Assembly: GCA_934717805.1 (NCBI GenBank)
Contig: CAKUZG010000001.1
Coordinates: 2,806 to 66,805 of the forward strand
Direction: 5' to 3'
DNA length: 64,000 nucleotides
From: an uncultured Candidatus Saccharibacteria bacterium
Lineage (GTDB): Bacteria; Patescibacteriota; Saccharimonadia; Saccharimonadales; Saccharimonadaceae
Position numbers and translations under genes: made by a program. Positions 26,715 to 36,472 of the stretch are shown piece after piece. A model generated the notes under the pieces. That model was not told where the DNA came from. It made no database searches and saw only the letters and a list, made by a program, of their open reading frames with translations. Position 1 is the first letter of the stretch. The number at the start of each line of letters is the position of its first letter.

Positions 26715-26875
26715 TTAATGTCCTTCTTTTAGGTTGTTATTTACAATTCAACATCGATTATACAGTATTTCGAAAGAAAAAGCAAGTATTTCAAATAAAC
26801 TATTGACATTTTATTATGATTATGCTAATATAGAGCTATAAATTATAAAAATAAACAATAGGATTCAATAAACAA

Positions 26876-28867
26876 ATGTCAAAAAATAATGCCCAAGAGC
26901 AGATTATCGCAAAGTTGAAAGAATCAGAAAGCATTCTAATTGCGGTAAATGATAACCCAAGTGTTGATGAACTTTCATCAGCTTTGGCGTTGACGCTTGC
27001 AATAAACAATTCAGGCAAGCATGCAACAGCGGTTGCGAGTGGCGAAATGCCAGATGCGCTAACTTTTTTGCGCCCAGAAAAAACTTTCGAACATTCGGTC
27101 GATTCTTTACGTGATTTTATTATTGCCTTAAATAAAGAAAAAGCCGATCATTTACGCTACAAACTTGTCGGTGATCACGTTAAAATTTTTATTACGCCGT
27201 ATCGTTCGGTGATTTCTGAAAAAGACCTCGAATTCGAACAAGGTGATTTTAACATTGATTTTGTTTTAGCGCTAAATGTTGAGAGTCAAGATCGACTCGA
27301 TGGTGCTTTGGCGGCACATGGTCGAATTTTTCACGATGCTTCAGTGGGAATTTTAACTGTTGGCGAAAATCAAACAAATCTTAACGGAATTCACTGGCAT
27401 GATGAAAATGCAAGTTCTTTGAGTGAAATTACTGTTCAAATTATTGAATCTATTGGCAAAAAAAATCTTACCGAATCAGTTGCTACTGCGCTCTTAACTG
27501 GAATTGTTGCAGAAACTGATCGATTCTCGAACTCAAAAGTAACGGCTGAAATTATGAGCCTTGCTTCAAAACTTATTGCGTGTGGCGCTGATCAACAGCT
27601 TGTGGTTTCGAAAATTCGTGAAGCCGAAGAAAAAGCAGGTGAATTTGCCGTTCAGAAAAATGCCAAAATGGAACAAGCGCTTGAAGAAATTTCTGGCGAA
27701 AAAGAAGATAAAAAGCAGATTTCGAAAACTGAACAAAAACGCGATGGTGCTTTCGTGATTGCTCATGAAGAAACAAAAGCAAAAGAAGAATCTCAAGAAG
27801 AGCCAAAAAAAGATAGCGAAGAAGAACTTGAAGATTCGCTTAATGATTTAAAAAAAGTAAGTGCTGAAGTTAATGCTTTTTCGGCACTAGAAAATGAAAA
27901 TCCTGAAGAGGAAGAAACTGAAGAACCTCAAGAAGATTTTAAAGAAGAGGTTAAAAAACCTGTTAAAAAAGAAGAATTTATTCCTCAGGTTCCAGTTCAA
28001 CCAACAGTTGAAGCTACACCAGCTCCAGTTGCTGAACCAAAAGAAGCTCCAGCTCAAGAACAGGCTAACAGTACGCCAGCTCAACAAGAAATTCGACAAG
28101 CTCCAGTTCAAAATGCAGAAGGTTTAGTTGAAGCGCCAGTTGAAAACTATGCGCCAGAAATTCCAGCTAGTGAACCTTTCGAAAATCCAAATGCGTTCAT
28201 TGCTGAAGCTCCAGTTCAAGAACAAGTTTTCGAACCAGCTCAACAAACTGAAATTTCTGTTCCAGCTTCTGAAACACCAGTTCAACCAACAGTTGAAGCT
28301 ACACCAGCTCCAGTTGCTGAACCAAAAGAAGCTCCAGCTCAAGAACAAAAACAAGGTGATGAATATTATCACCCTAAAGATAATGCTGAAATTGTTAGTG
28401 GTTTGATGGGTGCACAACCATATCCACCAAGTGGAATCAAACGGGAAGACAATAGTGCTGCAACTTCAAACCCTGAAAAAAATGATTATATTTTAAATCG
28501 TAAACAAACTCAAAATGCAGTTTATGAAGAGCCAAAAAATAACGATAGTTTCATGCCTGATACTAACGCTTATGCACAAGCTGCTCCAGTTCAACCTCTT
28601 TCAAATTTTGAATCAAGCAATCCAATTTCGAATGAACAATATGCGGCAAATAATCCAGCGCAAAATTCAAACGATTTTGCAATGCCAATGCCACCAGCTA
28701 TGCCAGATTTTAGCACAATGCCAATGCCGCCAGAAATTCCAAATTTTGATGTAGCTCCAAGTCCGGCAGAACAACCAGCAATGGGTGCACAAAATAGCGG
28801 CAATAAAATAATGACGGATCAAATTTATCCTAACGATCCATCACAGTTTAGAATTCCAGGAATGTAA
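26876..28867 (+). CDS. DHH-like (degenerate) N-terminal domain protein with a long disordered P/E/A/Q-rich C-terminal half
   Basis: The first roughly 230 aa resemble NrnA/DHH phosphoesterases, but the DHH/DGD metal motifs are not evident. The remainder is low-complexity with an exact internal repeat. Confidence 0.6.
   Translation: MSKNNAQEQIIAKLKESESILIAVNDNPSVDELSSALALTLAINNSGKHATAVASGEMPDALTFLRPEKTFEHSVDSLRDFIIALNKEKADHLRYKLVGDHVKIFITPYRSVISEKDLEFEQGDFNIDFVLALNVESQDRLDGALAAHGRIFHDASVGILTVGENQTNLNGIHWHDENASSLSEITVQIIESIGKKNLTESVATALLTGIVAETDRFSNSKVTAEIMSLASKLIACGADQQLVVSKIREAEEKAGEFAVQKNAKMEQALEEISGEKEDKKQISKTEQKRDGAFVIAHEETKAKEESQEEPKKDSEEELEDSLNDLKKVSAEVNAFSALENENPEEEETEEPQEDFKEEVKKPVKKEEFIPQVPVQPTVEATPAPVAEPKEAPAQEQANSTPAQQEIRQAPVQNAEGLVEAPVENYAPEIPASEPFENPNAFIAEAPVQEQVFEPAQQTEISVPASETPVQPTVEATPAPVAEPKEAPAQEQKQGDEYYHPKDNAEIVSGLMGAQPYPPSGIKREDNSAATSNPEKNDYILNRKQTQNAVYEEPKNNDSFMPDTNAYAQAAPVQPLSNFESSNPISNEQYAANNPAQNSNDFAMPMPPAMPDFSTMPMPPEIPNFDVAPSPAEQPAMGAQNSGNKIMTDQIYPNDPSQFRIPGM
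27992..28347 (+). repeat. two identical 71-nt copies (27992-28062 and 28277-28347) inside the CDS
   Basis: Both copies read CCAGTTCAACCAACAGTTGAAGCTACACCAGCTCCAGTTGCTGAACCAAAAGAAGCTCCAGCTCAAGAACA, encoding PVQPTVEATPAPVAEPKEAPAQEQ. Confidence 0.95.
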
Positions 28868-28868
28868 A

Positions 28869-29549
28869 ATGGCGTTTTTCGAAAACGATAGCGGGCGAAT
28901 CTTAATTGATAAGCCCGCTGGAATTACTAGCTTTGGTGTTGTTGCACGAATCCGCCGTGTGCTAAAAAATGAGTTTGGCAAGAAAATAAAAGTTGGCCAT
29001 ACAGGAACGCTCGACCCTTTTGCGACTGGGCTTTTAGTTTTGCTTTATGGTAAAGAAACTAAAAATGCGATGAATCTCACTAAGCTGGATAAAGTTTATG
29101 AGGCTGAATTTATGCTTGGCCAAATTTCCAGCACGGGTGATCCCGAGGGTGAGATTTCGAAATGTGAAAATTTTAAAATTCCAACTTTCGAACAGATTGA
29201 AAAAGAAATCAAAACTAACTTTTTGGGCAGAATCGAACAAACGCCGCCAGCTTTTAGTGCGATTAAAATTGATGGTAAGCGCGCTTATGATTTAGCGCGA
29301 AAGGGTGAAAATTTTGAAATTCCTAAACGCACGGTTGAAGTTTTCGATTTTGAAATTTTAAGTTATGATTTTCCAAAACTAAAAGTTCGTACGCATGTTT
29401 CAAGTGGGACTTATATTCGTTCACTAGCGGAAGATTTGGGTGAAAATTTGGGTTGTGGCGCGTTTTGTTCGCAACTTCGGCGCACAAAAATTGCCGATTT
29501 TGATATTTCAAATTCTAAAAAGCTTGAAGATTTTGGAATTTTAGATTAG
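28869..29549 (+). CDS. truB: tRNA pseudouridine(55) synthase TruB (short form)
   Basis: Catalytic motif GHTGTLDPFATGLL. Confidence 0.9.
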   Translation: MAFFENDSGRILIDKPAGITSFGVVARIRRVLKNEFGKKIKVGHTGTLDPFATGLLVLLYGKETKNAMNLTKLDKVYEAEFMLGQISSTGDPEGEISKCENFKIPTFEQIEKEIKTNFLGRIEQTPPAFSAIKIDGKRAYDLARKGENFEIPKRTVEVFDFEILSYDFPKLKVRTHVSSGTYIRSLAEDLGENLGCGAFCSQLRRTKIADFDISNSKKLEDFGILD

Positions 29550-29588
29550 TTTTTGCTTATTCTACTAAAAAATGATATAATTTAAACA

Positions 29589-30137
29589 ATGAAAAACGCG
29601 AAAATTCTTTGGATTGATTTAGAAATGACTGGTCTTGAACCTGAAAAAGACCGAATTTTAGAAGTTGCCGCAATCGCAACAGATTGGGATTTTAACGAAA
29701 TTGCCACTTTTGAAAGTGCGGTTAAAGTTGATGAAAAAATACTCAAAAGCCGAATGGTTGGCGAGTTTTGGGATGCTTTTAGCGAAACGTGTAATGCTTT
29801 AAAATTACAAAATTCTCGTGCTACAAAAAATTCACAAGAAGTTGAAGCGGACTTAATTAAATTTGTGGAAGAAAATTTTGCGGAAGAACTTTCGAAAGGT
29901 GAAAGGATTATTTTGGGCGGAAATTCAATTCACCAAGATCGCCGATTCATTCGTGAAGAATGGAAAAAACTTGAAAAAATGCTGCATTATCGAATGCTAG
30001 ATGTTTCAGCGTGGAAAGTTGTGATGAGCGCTAAGTTTAAGCGGGTGTTTACTAAGCCTGAAAATCACCGTGCGTTAGATGATATTCGTGGTTCGATTGA
30101 AGAGTTGAAATTTTATTTAAAAAAGGTGAAAAAATAA
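29589..30137 (+). CDS. orn: oligoribonuclease (DEDDh 3'-5' exonuclease)
   Basis: LWIDLEMTGL (Exo I), NSIHQDRRF and HRALDD motifs. About 181 aa. Confidence 0.9.
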   Translation: MKNAKILWIDLEMTGLEPEKDRILEVAAIATDWDFNEIATFESAVKVDEKILKSRMVGEFWDAFSETCNALKLQNSRATKNSQEVEADLIKFVEENFAEELSKGERIILGGNSIHQDRRFIREEWKKLEKMLHYRMLDVSAWKVVMSAKFKRVFTKPENHRALDDIRGSIEELKFYLKKVKK

Positions 30138-30562
30138 TGAATCAAGATGAAATTAGAGATTTTTTGTTAACTTTTGATGCGGCAGAAGTTCGAAAAGATG
30201 AAGAAAACAAACTTGAAATTTTCGAAGTTAATTTTGATAAATTAGAAAAAATTTGGCAAGAAAAAATGGCCAGCGAACTTGGCGATTTTGAGCGTGAAAC
30301 TGGTGAAAAGATTCTTTCGAAAATTGCAGAAAGCGAAGATTCGAAAGCAATTTTTGCGATTATTCACGATGGTTCAAAACCATTAAACGTTGAAATGAAA
30401 ACTGGTGTGCAATTGGCGCGAATTTTGCGCGAAAAGGAAAGTGTAGTTCCTTCTAAATTGATGAGCGAGCGTGAATGGAATTTGATTATTGGGCAAGGGC
30501 AAATTGCAGCTGATGAACTTTGCGATTTGTTGCGATTAAGCTATCGATTAGCTTGTGAATAG
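30137..30562 (+). CDS. hypothetical 141-aa protein
   Basis: ATGA overlap with orn indicates coupling. No domain recognised. Confidence 0.55.
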   Translation: MNQDEIRDFLLTFDAAEVRKDEENKLEIFEVNFDKLEKIWQEKMASELGDFERETGEKILSKIAESEDSKAIFAIIHDGSKPLNVEMKTGVQLARILREKESVVPSKLMSEREWNLIIGQGQIAADELCDLLRLSYRLACE

Positions 30563-30569
30563 ATAACTA

Positions 30570-30598
30570 TTGACAAAAGTATTTTTATGTGGTAATAT
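30570..30598 (+). promoter_or_regulatory. near-consensus sigma70 promoter
   Basis: TTGACA (30570-30575), 17-nt spacer, TAATAT (30593-30598). Confidence 0.7.
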
Positions 30599-30630
30599 AG
30601 TAATTACCTCTTTTCGAGGAAATTATAGCC

Positions 30631-30924
30631 ATGCGGGCTTTAAACGTGGTAAATTACATGATTGATCACCACACAGCGTATAGCCAAACTAAAGCCGGTT
30701 TGGTAGTTGGAAGCAGCAATACAACTGGAGGAAGTCCAGATGGCCATTTTGGCCAACGCTGTAACTGTCTTGGAGCTGTCGTAGTTGACGGCAATAGGGA
30801 TGGCGGCGAAAGTGAGCCGTTATGGGTCGGACAGACTGCCTGCTTTGGTACGTTTAATGAAGGCACTACTTGCGTTGTTCATCGAGAAAATGAAAATTTG
30901 CATTATTCTGATGAACGATGGTGA
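30631..30924 (+). CDS. atypical GC-rich 97-aa ORF (Gly/Asn/Thr/Val/Cys-rich, almost no Lys); alternatively a structured RNA gene
   Basis: GAGGA lies 10 nt before the ATG and a terminator follows 22 nt after the stop, which supports coding. Composition and about 48% GC are unlike neighbouring genes, and the opposite strand is also open, which supports an RNA. Confidence 0.4.
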   Translation: MRALNVVNYMIDHHTAYSQTKAGLVVGSSNTTGGSPDGHFGQRCNCLGAVVVDGNRDGGESEPLWVGQTACFGTFNEGTTCVVHRENENLHYSDERW

Positions 30925-30946
30925 AAAACCTTTTTAAACTTTTCTT

Positions 30947-30967
30947 GGTCTCGAAAGAGGCCTTTTT
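30947..30967 (+). terminator. rho-independent terminator
   Basis: GGTCTC-GAAA-GAGGCC followed by TTTTT. Confidence 0.75.
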
Positions 30968-30969
30968 AT

Positions 30970-30998
30970 TTGCTAAAAATTTATAAATTTGGTATAAT
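30970..30998 (+). promoter_or_regulatory. promoter of the 31009 gene (short SD-less leader)
   Basis: TTGCTA (30970-30975), 17-nt spacer, TATAAT (30993-30998). The ATG is 10 nt downstream with no SD. Confidence 0.55.
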
Positions 30999-31008
30999 CA
31001 TAAGTAAT

Positions 31009-31929
31009 ATGAAACCAAATCAAGACTGGAATCAGAACGACCAAAATTATGGTGTTCAACCAAATAATTTTCCTCAGAATCAATATCCACAACAACAAAA
31101 CTATGGTGGATATCCAAATGAGTTTGCTCAAAATGGGCAATTTCCTGCTGAACAAAATCAGCAACAATTTGGCGCTCCATATCAAAATTATGGCGCTCAA
31201 CAAAATTATCCGCAGTATCCAAATGGATATCAAAGTCAACCTCAATATCCACAAAACCAGCCAGCACAAAATTCACCAACAGCACCGAATTTAATGCCAA
31301 ATCAAAATTATGCTGGCAGTTCTTCATCTGAAAATCCGTATACGGTTGAATATTTAAATAAGATTTCGCCAAAAAAAGCCGTTCCATTTTGGACAAAAGG
31401 TAAAATTTTGATTGCATCTGCACTTGCAATTGCATTATTCTTCGCAATCTTTATTATTGCAACTTCTGGAAAAAGCGATGATTCTACGCAAAAAGTTCTC
31501 CGTGCATATTATAACATTTTGAAGTTGAAGGAAATTACAGGATCTTATCAAAAGAAGATTAAAAGCTCTGATCTTGCTGCGGTGAATGCGGGAATTAATA
31601 TTTCGCTCAGCTCAGATGAACAGATTATAACAGAATACATGAAGAGCAAGAAAATTGATGTTCCGCGTGGAGATTCAAAAAAGAAATCAGAGATTTATCA
31701 ACAAACTGAAACTGACTTCAATAAACTCGATACAACTCTTGATGATGCATTTTTGAACGCTACAATCGATGAAGTTTATTCTCGTGAAATGGCCTATCAG
31801 TTAGTTCGTGTTAAAAACTTGATTGTTCGCCATAAAAAGACAGCAGGTTCTGTGCAGAAAAAAATGTATGCAAAAATCGAGAAAAATCTTGAAGAATCTT
31901 CAAAACAACTCGAAAACTACAAAAAATAA
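31009..31929 (+). CDS. membrane protein with a Q/N/P/Y-rich N-terminal region
   Basis: Low-complexity QNYPQ repeats, one TM helix (ILIASALAIALFFAIFIIA), then a helical extracytoplasmic domain. Confidence 0.6.
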   Translation: MKPNQDWNQNDQNYGVQPNNFPQNQYPQQQNYGGYPNEFAQNGQFPAEQNQQQFGAPYQNYGAQQNYPQYPNGYQSQPQYPQNQPAQNSPTAPNLMPNQNYAGSSSSENPYTVEYLNKISPKKAVPFWTKGKILIASALAIALFFAIFIIATSGKSDDSTQKVLRAYYNILKLKEITGSYQKKIKSSDLAAVNAGINISLSSDEQIITEYMKSKKIDVPRGDSKKKSEIYQQTETDFNKLDTTLDDAFLNATIDEVYSREMAYQLVRVKNLIVRHKKTAGSVQKKMYAKIEKNLEESSKQLENYKK

Positions 31930-31936
31930 TACTTTA

Positions 31937-31970
31937 AAAGCCGCTTTTTGAAAAAGGCGGCTTGTTTTTA
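31937..31970. terminator. bidirectional terminator
   Basis: AGCCGCTTTTT-G-AAAAAGGCGGCT hairpin between convergent genes. Confidence 0.75.
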
Positions 31971-32552
31971 TTTATTGATAATTTCTTGAACTATTTTTTG
32001 CAAATCTGGAAGTACATCATCTTTAAACCAAGGATTTTTTGCTTGCCAAATATTATTACGAGGAGAAGGATGAACAAGCGGAAAATATTCCGGAAGATAA
32101 GATTTGTAATTTTTAACGGTTTCAGTGAGCTTATCGGACGGTTTTTGGTTAAGGTAATAATGCTGAGCATAATTGCCAATTAAAATTGTTAATTCTATAT
32201 CTGGAGCAAGAGCAAGGACTCGCTTGTGCCACTTTTCAGCAAAGCCTTTTCTTGGTGGCAAATCGCCTGATTTTCCGTGTCCGGGGAAATAAAAATCCAT
32301 CGGAACAATAGCAAATAATCCTGAATTATAAAACTGTTCTTTGCTTACGCCAAGCCATTCTCGAAGATTATCGCCACTGGGGTCATTCCAATATAGCCCC
32401 GATTCTTGCGCACGTATTCCTGGTGCTTGGCCAACGATATTAATGCGGGCAGTTTTTGGAATTGTAAAAAGCGGTTTAATTCCTTGTTCTGTATAGTTAG
32501 AATTTTGTGGATCAGCCATGATTTCGGCTGTAAGTTTTTCAATCGTTTCCAT
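31968..32552 (-). CDS. uracil-DNA glycosylase superfamily protein
   Basis: Motif A GQAPG and motif B HPSPRN. Start at the ATG at 32552 after AAAGGA. Confidence 0.8.
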   Translation of the reverse strand: METIEKLTAEIMADPQNSNYTEQGIKPLFTIPKTARINIVGQAPGIRAQESGLYWNDPSGDNLREWLGVSKEQFYNSGLFAIVPMDFYFPGHGKSGDLPPRKGFAEKWHKRVLALAPDIELTILIGNYAQHYYLNQKPSDKLTETVKNYKSYLPEYFPLVHPSPRNNIWQAKNPWFKDDVLPDLQKIVQEIINK

Positions 32553-32655
32553 TTTATTTTTTCCTTTTCTAATTTCCATTTTAGCACTTTAATTTTATCA
32601 AATCAAGAAAAGGTATTTTTTAGAATATTTTTTCGACCCGTGGTATAATATAGAT

Positions 32656-34392
32656 ATGAACGATGCCAGGGAAGAAATTAAATCACGAATAAGTATTGAA
32701 GATTTAGCTGGCGAATATCTTGAGCTCAAACGAACAGGGCGTAATTTTAAGGCGCTTAGTCCCTGGACAAATGAGCGAACTCCGAGCTTTATTGTTAGCC
32801 CAGATAAGCAAATTTGGCACGATTTTTCATCTGGAAAAGGTGGTGATATTTTTGGTTTTATCATGGAAGTTGAGGGAATGAATTTTCGTGAAGCATTAGA
32901 ATTTTTGGCTCGAAAAGCTGGTGTTGAAATTGAAACTTTCAACTCGAAACGCTCTAAAGAAATTGCCGAAAAGAAAGAACGCCTTCGAAAAATTTTACAA
33001 ATAAGTTCCAATTTTTATCAGCATATGTTGATTCGTGATAAAAAAGCTTTGAATTATGTTTTTAAAAAACGTAAACTTTCGAAAGAAATTGTGCAAGATT
33101 TTAAGGTGGGTTATGCGCCAAATGGCCAAAAAATATTAACAAACTTTTTACTTAAAAAAGGTTTTTCGTTGAATGATATTCGTGATGCGGGGCTTTTAAA
33201 TCGGTTTGGCGGTGATATTTTTCGAAATCGAATGGTGATTGTACTAAAAGATGCAAGTGGCGAGCCAGTTGGGTTTACTGGTAGAATTATAGATGATGAA
33301 CCGAATGCTCCCAAATATTTGAACACACCACAAACTTTGCTCTATGATAAATCTTCGAATATTTTTGGACTTTCGCAAGCAAAAAATGAAATTCGAAAAG
33401 TTGGTTTTGCGGTGGTTGTTGAAGGGAATATGGATGTAATTTCAAGCCATCAAGTGGGAGTGAAAAATGTGGTCGCTACGGCTGGAACGGCTATGACGGT
33501 GAATCACCTCAAGGCACTTAGTCGATTTTCGAACGACATTCGTCTCTGTTTCGACAGTGATCAGGCTGGAATCAACGCAACTGAACGAGCAATTTCTTTG
33601 GGGCAACAAGCTGGAGTTGAACTTTCAATTATTACATTAGATCAATCCGCGGGTCAAGTAAAAGATCCAGATGAATTAATTCAAAAAAATATAGAACTAT
33701 GGAGAAAATCGATTGCGAATCCGCAGCCAGCAATGGAATGGATTTTTGATCAATACCAAAAGAGGTTGGATACTTCAACTGCGAAGGGTAAAAAAGACTT
33801 TTCCACAATCTCACTTAAACTTGTGGAAAACTTAAACGACCCTGTGGAAAAAGATTTTTACATTAATGAGATTTCGAAAAGAATTGGCATTTCGAGAGCA
33901 ACATTGCTCAATAAAATTGGTGAAGAAAAAAAGCCTGAAAAAACCAAAAAACGGGTAAAGATTGAAAAAACAGATAAGAAATTTATTGACGATTTTTTAT
34001 ATGAAGATGATTTGCTCGCGCTTGCGATTAAAGAACCTCGGCTTGCTAAAATGCTGAGCGATTTAAAAGAGAATTCTCTGCATGGTGAACAGCGGAATAA
34101 AATTCTAGACATATTGAAATCTGAAGATATGGAACTATTGAAAAGCTTTGATGAATATGTTAAAATACTACTATTAAAAGCTGACGAACGGCTCGGAAAT
34201 ATTAAAGAAAGTGCAACCGATGAAATGAAGCGTTTGATTCAGAAAGTTAAAACCGAAAATTTGCGAACACAAAAAGAGAATCTTCAAATTGAACTTGAAA
34301 ACGCCGAAATTCAAGGTGATGAAAATTTAAAAACGAAGATTTTAAGTAAGATTATTGAACTAAATAAGGAGCTAAATGGTGGCAAAAGGTAA
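32656..34392 (+). CDS. dnaG: DNA primase
   Basis: N-terminal zinc-ribbon region, TOPRIM ([16 protein letters not shown]), C-terminal helical domain. Confidence 0.92.
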   Translation: MNDAREEIKSRISIEDLAGEYLELKRTGRNFKALSPWTNERTPSFIVSPDKQIWHDFSSGKGGDIFGFIMEVEGMNFREALEFLARKAGVEIETFNSKRSKEIAEKKERLRKILQISSNFYQHMLIRDKKALNYVFKKRKLSKEIVQDFKVGYAPNGQKILTNFLLKKGFSLNDIRDAGLLNRFGGDIFRNRMVIVLKDASGEPVGFTGRIIDDEPNAPKYLNTPQTLLYDKSSNIFGLSQAKNEIRKVGFAVVVEGNMDVISSHQVGVKNVVATAGTAMTVNHLKALSRFSNDIRLCFDSDQAGINATERAISLGQQAGVELSIITLDQSAGQVKDPDELIQKNIELWRKSIANPQPAMEWIFDQYQKRLDTSTAKGKKDFSTISLKLVENLNDPVEKDFYINEISKRIGISRATLLNKIGEEKKPEKTKKRVKIEKTDKKFIDDFLYEDDLLALAIKEPRLAKMLSDLKENSLHGEQRNKILDILKSEDMELLKSFDEYVKILLLKADERLGNIKESATDEMKRLIQKVKTENLRTQKENLQIELENAEIQGDENLKTKILSKIIELNKELNGGKR

Positions 34393-35392
34393 AAGCAAGA
34401 AGGAACTTCCAGAAGAAATTTTAAACGAAGATGGTGTTGTTGATGCAACAGTATCTCTTGATGAGTTTGAACCAGATTTCGAAGATCTCACTAATGAAGA
34501 TGAAGAAAATATAACAGATGAGGATCTAATAAATAGCTCGTATTCTGATGATATAACAGACGACAGTGTTCGGATGTATTTGCGTGAGATTGGAAAAATC
34601 CCACTTCTTTCACTTGAAAAAGAAACTGAACTTGCCAAAAAAGCAATGGAAGGCGACCAAAAAGCGAAAGATAAAATGGCAGAAGCTAATATGCGTCTTG
34701 TGGTTTCGATTGCAAAACGATACTCTGGTCGTGGGTTAGATTTGCTTGACTTGATTCAAGAGGGAAATACTGGTCTTCTTCGTGCTGTGGATAAATTTGA
34801 TCCAAGCAAAGGTTTTAAGTTTTCGACTTACGCAACTTGGTGGATTCGACAGGCGATTACTCGTGCGATTGCTGATCAAGCGCGAACTATTCGAATTCCT
34901 GTTCACATGGTTGAAACAATCAATAAACTTATGCGAACTTCTCGTCGATTAACGCAAGAACTTAATCGCGAACCAACCAATGAAGAGCTTGCAAAAGAGA
35001 TGGATATGGATGTTGAAAAAGTTGAATATATCCAAAAAATTAAGCAAGATATTACTTCATTGGATGCAGGAATCGGCCGCGATGGAGAAGAAGGCGAAGA
35101 GTCAACTTTGGGCGATTTTATTGAAGATGAAGACACCGCAAGCCCAGAAGAATCAGCGACAGTTCAACTTCTAAAAGAGCAAGTTCGCGAAATTCTTTCA
35201 ACACTTTCAGACCGTGAGCGTAAAATCCTTGAAATGCGTTTTGGACTAAATGGCACAAAGAGTCATACACTTGAAGAAGTCGGTCTTGAGTTTGCAGTTA
35301 CTCGTGAACGAATCCGTCAAATCGAAGCAAAAGCATTAATGAAGTTAAAGAAACATAAAGATTCGAAAAAACTTCATGAGTATTTGGATTAA
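34376..35392 (+). CDS. rpoD: RNA polymerase primary sigma factor (sigma70 family)
   Basis: Region 2 ([31 protein letters not shown]), region 3 and region 4 ([19 protein letters not shown]). Overlaps the dnaG end as in the classic operon. Confidence 0.95.
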   Translation: MVAKGKSKKELPEEILNEDGVVDATVSLDEFEPDFEDLTNEDEENITDEDLINSSYSDDITDDSVRMYLREIGKIPLLSLEKETELAKKAMEGDQKAKDKMAEANMRLVVSIAKRYSGRGLDLLDLIQEGNTGLLRAVDKFDPSKGFKFSTYATWWIRQAITRAIADQARTIRIPVHMVETINKLMRTSRRLTQELNREPTNEELAKEMDMDVEKVEYIQKIKQDITSLDAGIGRDGEEGEESTLGDFIEDEDTASPEESATVQLLKEQVREILSTLSDRERKILEMRFGLNGTKSHTLEEVGLEFAVTRERIRQIEAKALMKLKKHKDSKKLHEYLD

Positions 35393-35412
35393 AGTGGTGG
35401 AGAAAGGTTAAG

Positions 35413-36054
35413 ATGAAAGAAAAACTTATTCGAATTGCACCAATTTTGTTAATTATTGCGATTGCAATTCTTTCAATTATAACTGTTGTTACAGTAGTGA
35501 ATACACTTATGAATGGCGGCAATAACAATCAACCGCAACAAACTGGAACAAATGATTCTTCGAAAGATGAAGATAAATCTGCGAAAGATTTGTTAAGTGT
35601 TGAGCAAGATCGAAGTGTTAAAATGGCCGTTCGAGGACCAATTGTGGCACAAGAAAATTTTCGATCTTATATGGTTGAAGTTTCACCAACTTATCGTAAG
35701 TTAGTAACTTACAAAGGCTATCTTGATGAAGTTATTAAAGAAGTAAATTTAAGCAATAATTCAGAATCATACACTCAATTTGTAAATGCACTCAATAAAG
35801 CTAATATGATGAAAGGTGTTGCATTCAGTGGTGCAGCTGATGATCTTGCGGGAGTTTGTGCTACGGGACATCTTTATGATTTCTCAATTTTGAAAGACGA
35901 TAATGTACAAAAGCATCTTTGGACAACAACTTGTGCTGGTTCTAAAGGCTCATTATTAGCAAACAATAAACAACTTCAAAATTTGTTTATTTCGCAAGTT
36001 CCGGGAAATGAGCAAATTGTGCGCGATCTTGGAATTAATGAAAACAAACGCTAA
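35413..36054 (+). CDS. membrane-anchored hypothetical protein
   Basis: N-terminal TM helix, then a soluble domain. No family recognised. Confidence 0.55.
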   Translation: MKEKLIRIAPILLIIAIAILSIITVVTVVNTLMNGGNNNQPQQTGTNDSSKDEDKSAKDLLSVEQDRSVKMAVRGPIVAQENFRSYMVEVSPTYRKLVTYKGYLDEVIKEVNLSNNSESYTQFVNALNKANMMKGVAFSGAADDLAGVCATGHLYDFSILKDDNVQKHLWTTTCAGSKGSLLANNKQLQNLFISQVPGNEQIVRDLGINENKR

Positions 36055-36472
36055 AGTTTTATTTTTCGATTGTTTTGGAGTGCTGGTTTTGCGCCAGCCT
36101 TCTTCAGAACATATTTTTGAATATATCTGGAAAAAAGATGAAAATCTTCTAAAATTTATTCGTCAAATTAAGACTAATGGCCTAAAAATCGGAATTATTT
36201 CTAATGTCGCACAATATCAATTTGATGAGTTTTTTTCGAAAGAAGAGCAGACGGAACTCTTTGACTTTTTAGTGCTATCTGGTGAGGTTGGGTGCGCTAA
36301 ACCAAATCCAGAAATTTTTAAAATTGCGATTGAGAAAAGCAATGTTCTACCGAGCGAAATAGCTTTTTTTGACGATTCGATTTTAAATATTGAAGCCGCC
36401 CAAAAAATGGGAATTCAGGGATTTTTATATAAAAATTGGGAAGATTTTTTAAAGGAATTTAAGGAGGAATAA
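36038..36472 (+). CDS. HAD-superfamily hydrolase (small, haloacid-dehalogenase-like motif I)
   Basis: Motif I FFDCFGVL, ISN (motif II) and FFDD (motif IV). Start choice at 36038 is tentative. Confidence 0.65.
   Translation: MKTNAKVLFFDCFGVLVLRQPSSEHIFEYIWKKDENLLKFIRQIKTNGLKIGIISNVAQYQFDEFFSKEEQTELFDFLVLSGEVGCAKPNPEIFKIAIEKSNVLPSEIAFFDDSILNIEAAQKMGIQGFLYKNWEDFLKEFKEE

Noticed and set aside
27561-28417. Cluster of 60-97 aa ORFs on both strands (K/L/F/W-rich).
   Set aside because: Alternative-frame and antisense readings of the low-complexity, repeat-containing 26876-28867 gene.
30793-30843. Cobalamin riboswitch fragments (AATAGGGA...GTCGGACAGACTGCC resembling the AGGGAA and B12 boxes).
   Set aside because: Spacing between the boxes is about 30 nt rather than about 100 nt. 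The GGTG-AA-CC and GCCACTG elements are missing. The unit ends in a terminator with an independently promoted, unrelated gene downstream.
30724-30846. RNase P RNA in the 30.6-31.0 kb unit (GGAGGAAGTCCAG resembles GAGGAAAGUCCGG; AATAGGGA and CTGCTTTGG resemble CR-IV/P15 regions).
   Set aside because: GGAGGAAGTCCAG folds as a local CTGGA/TCCAG hairpin. No 3' strand able to form P4 exists near the 3' end, and no ACAGAAxCCGGCUUA equivalent is present.
30908-30927. Hammerhead ribozyme core CUGAUGA...GAAA.
   Set aside because: Stem II would be only 2 bp, and CUGAUGA is already engaged in the 7-bp GTTCATC/GATGAAC helix. No matching stem I/III or cleavage-site context.
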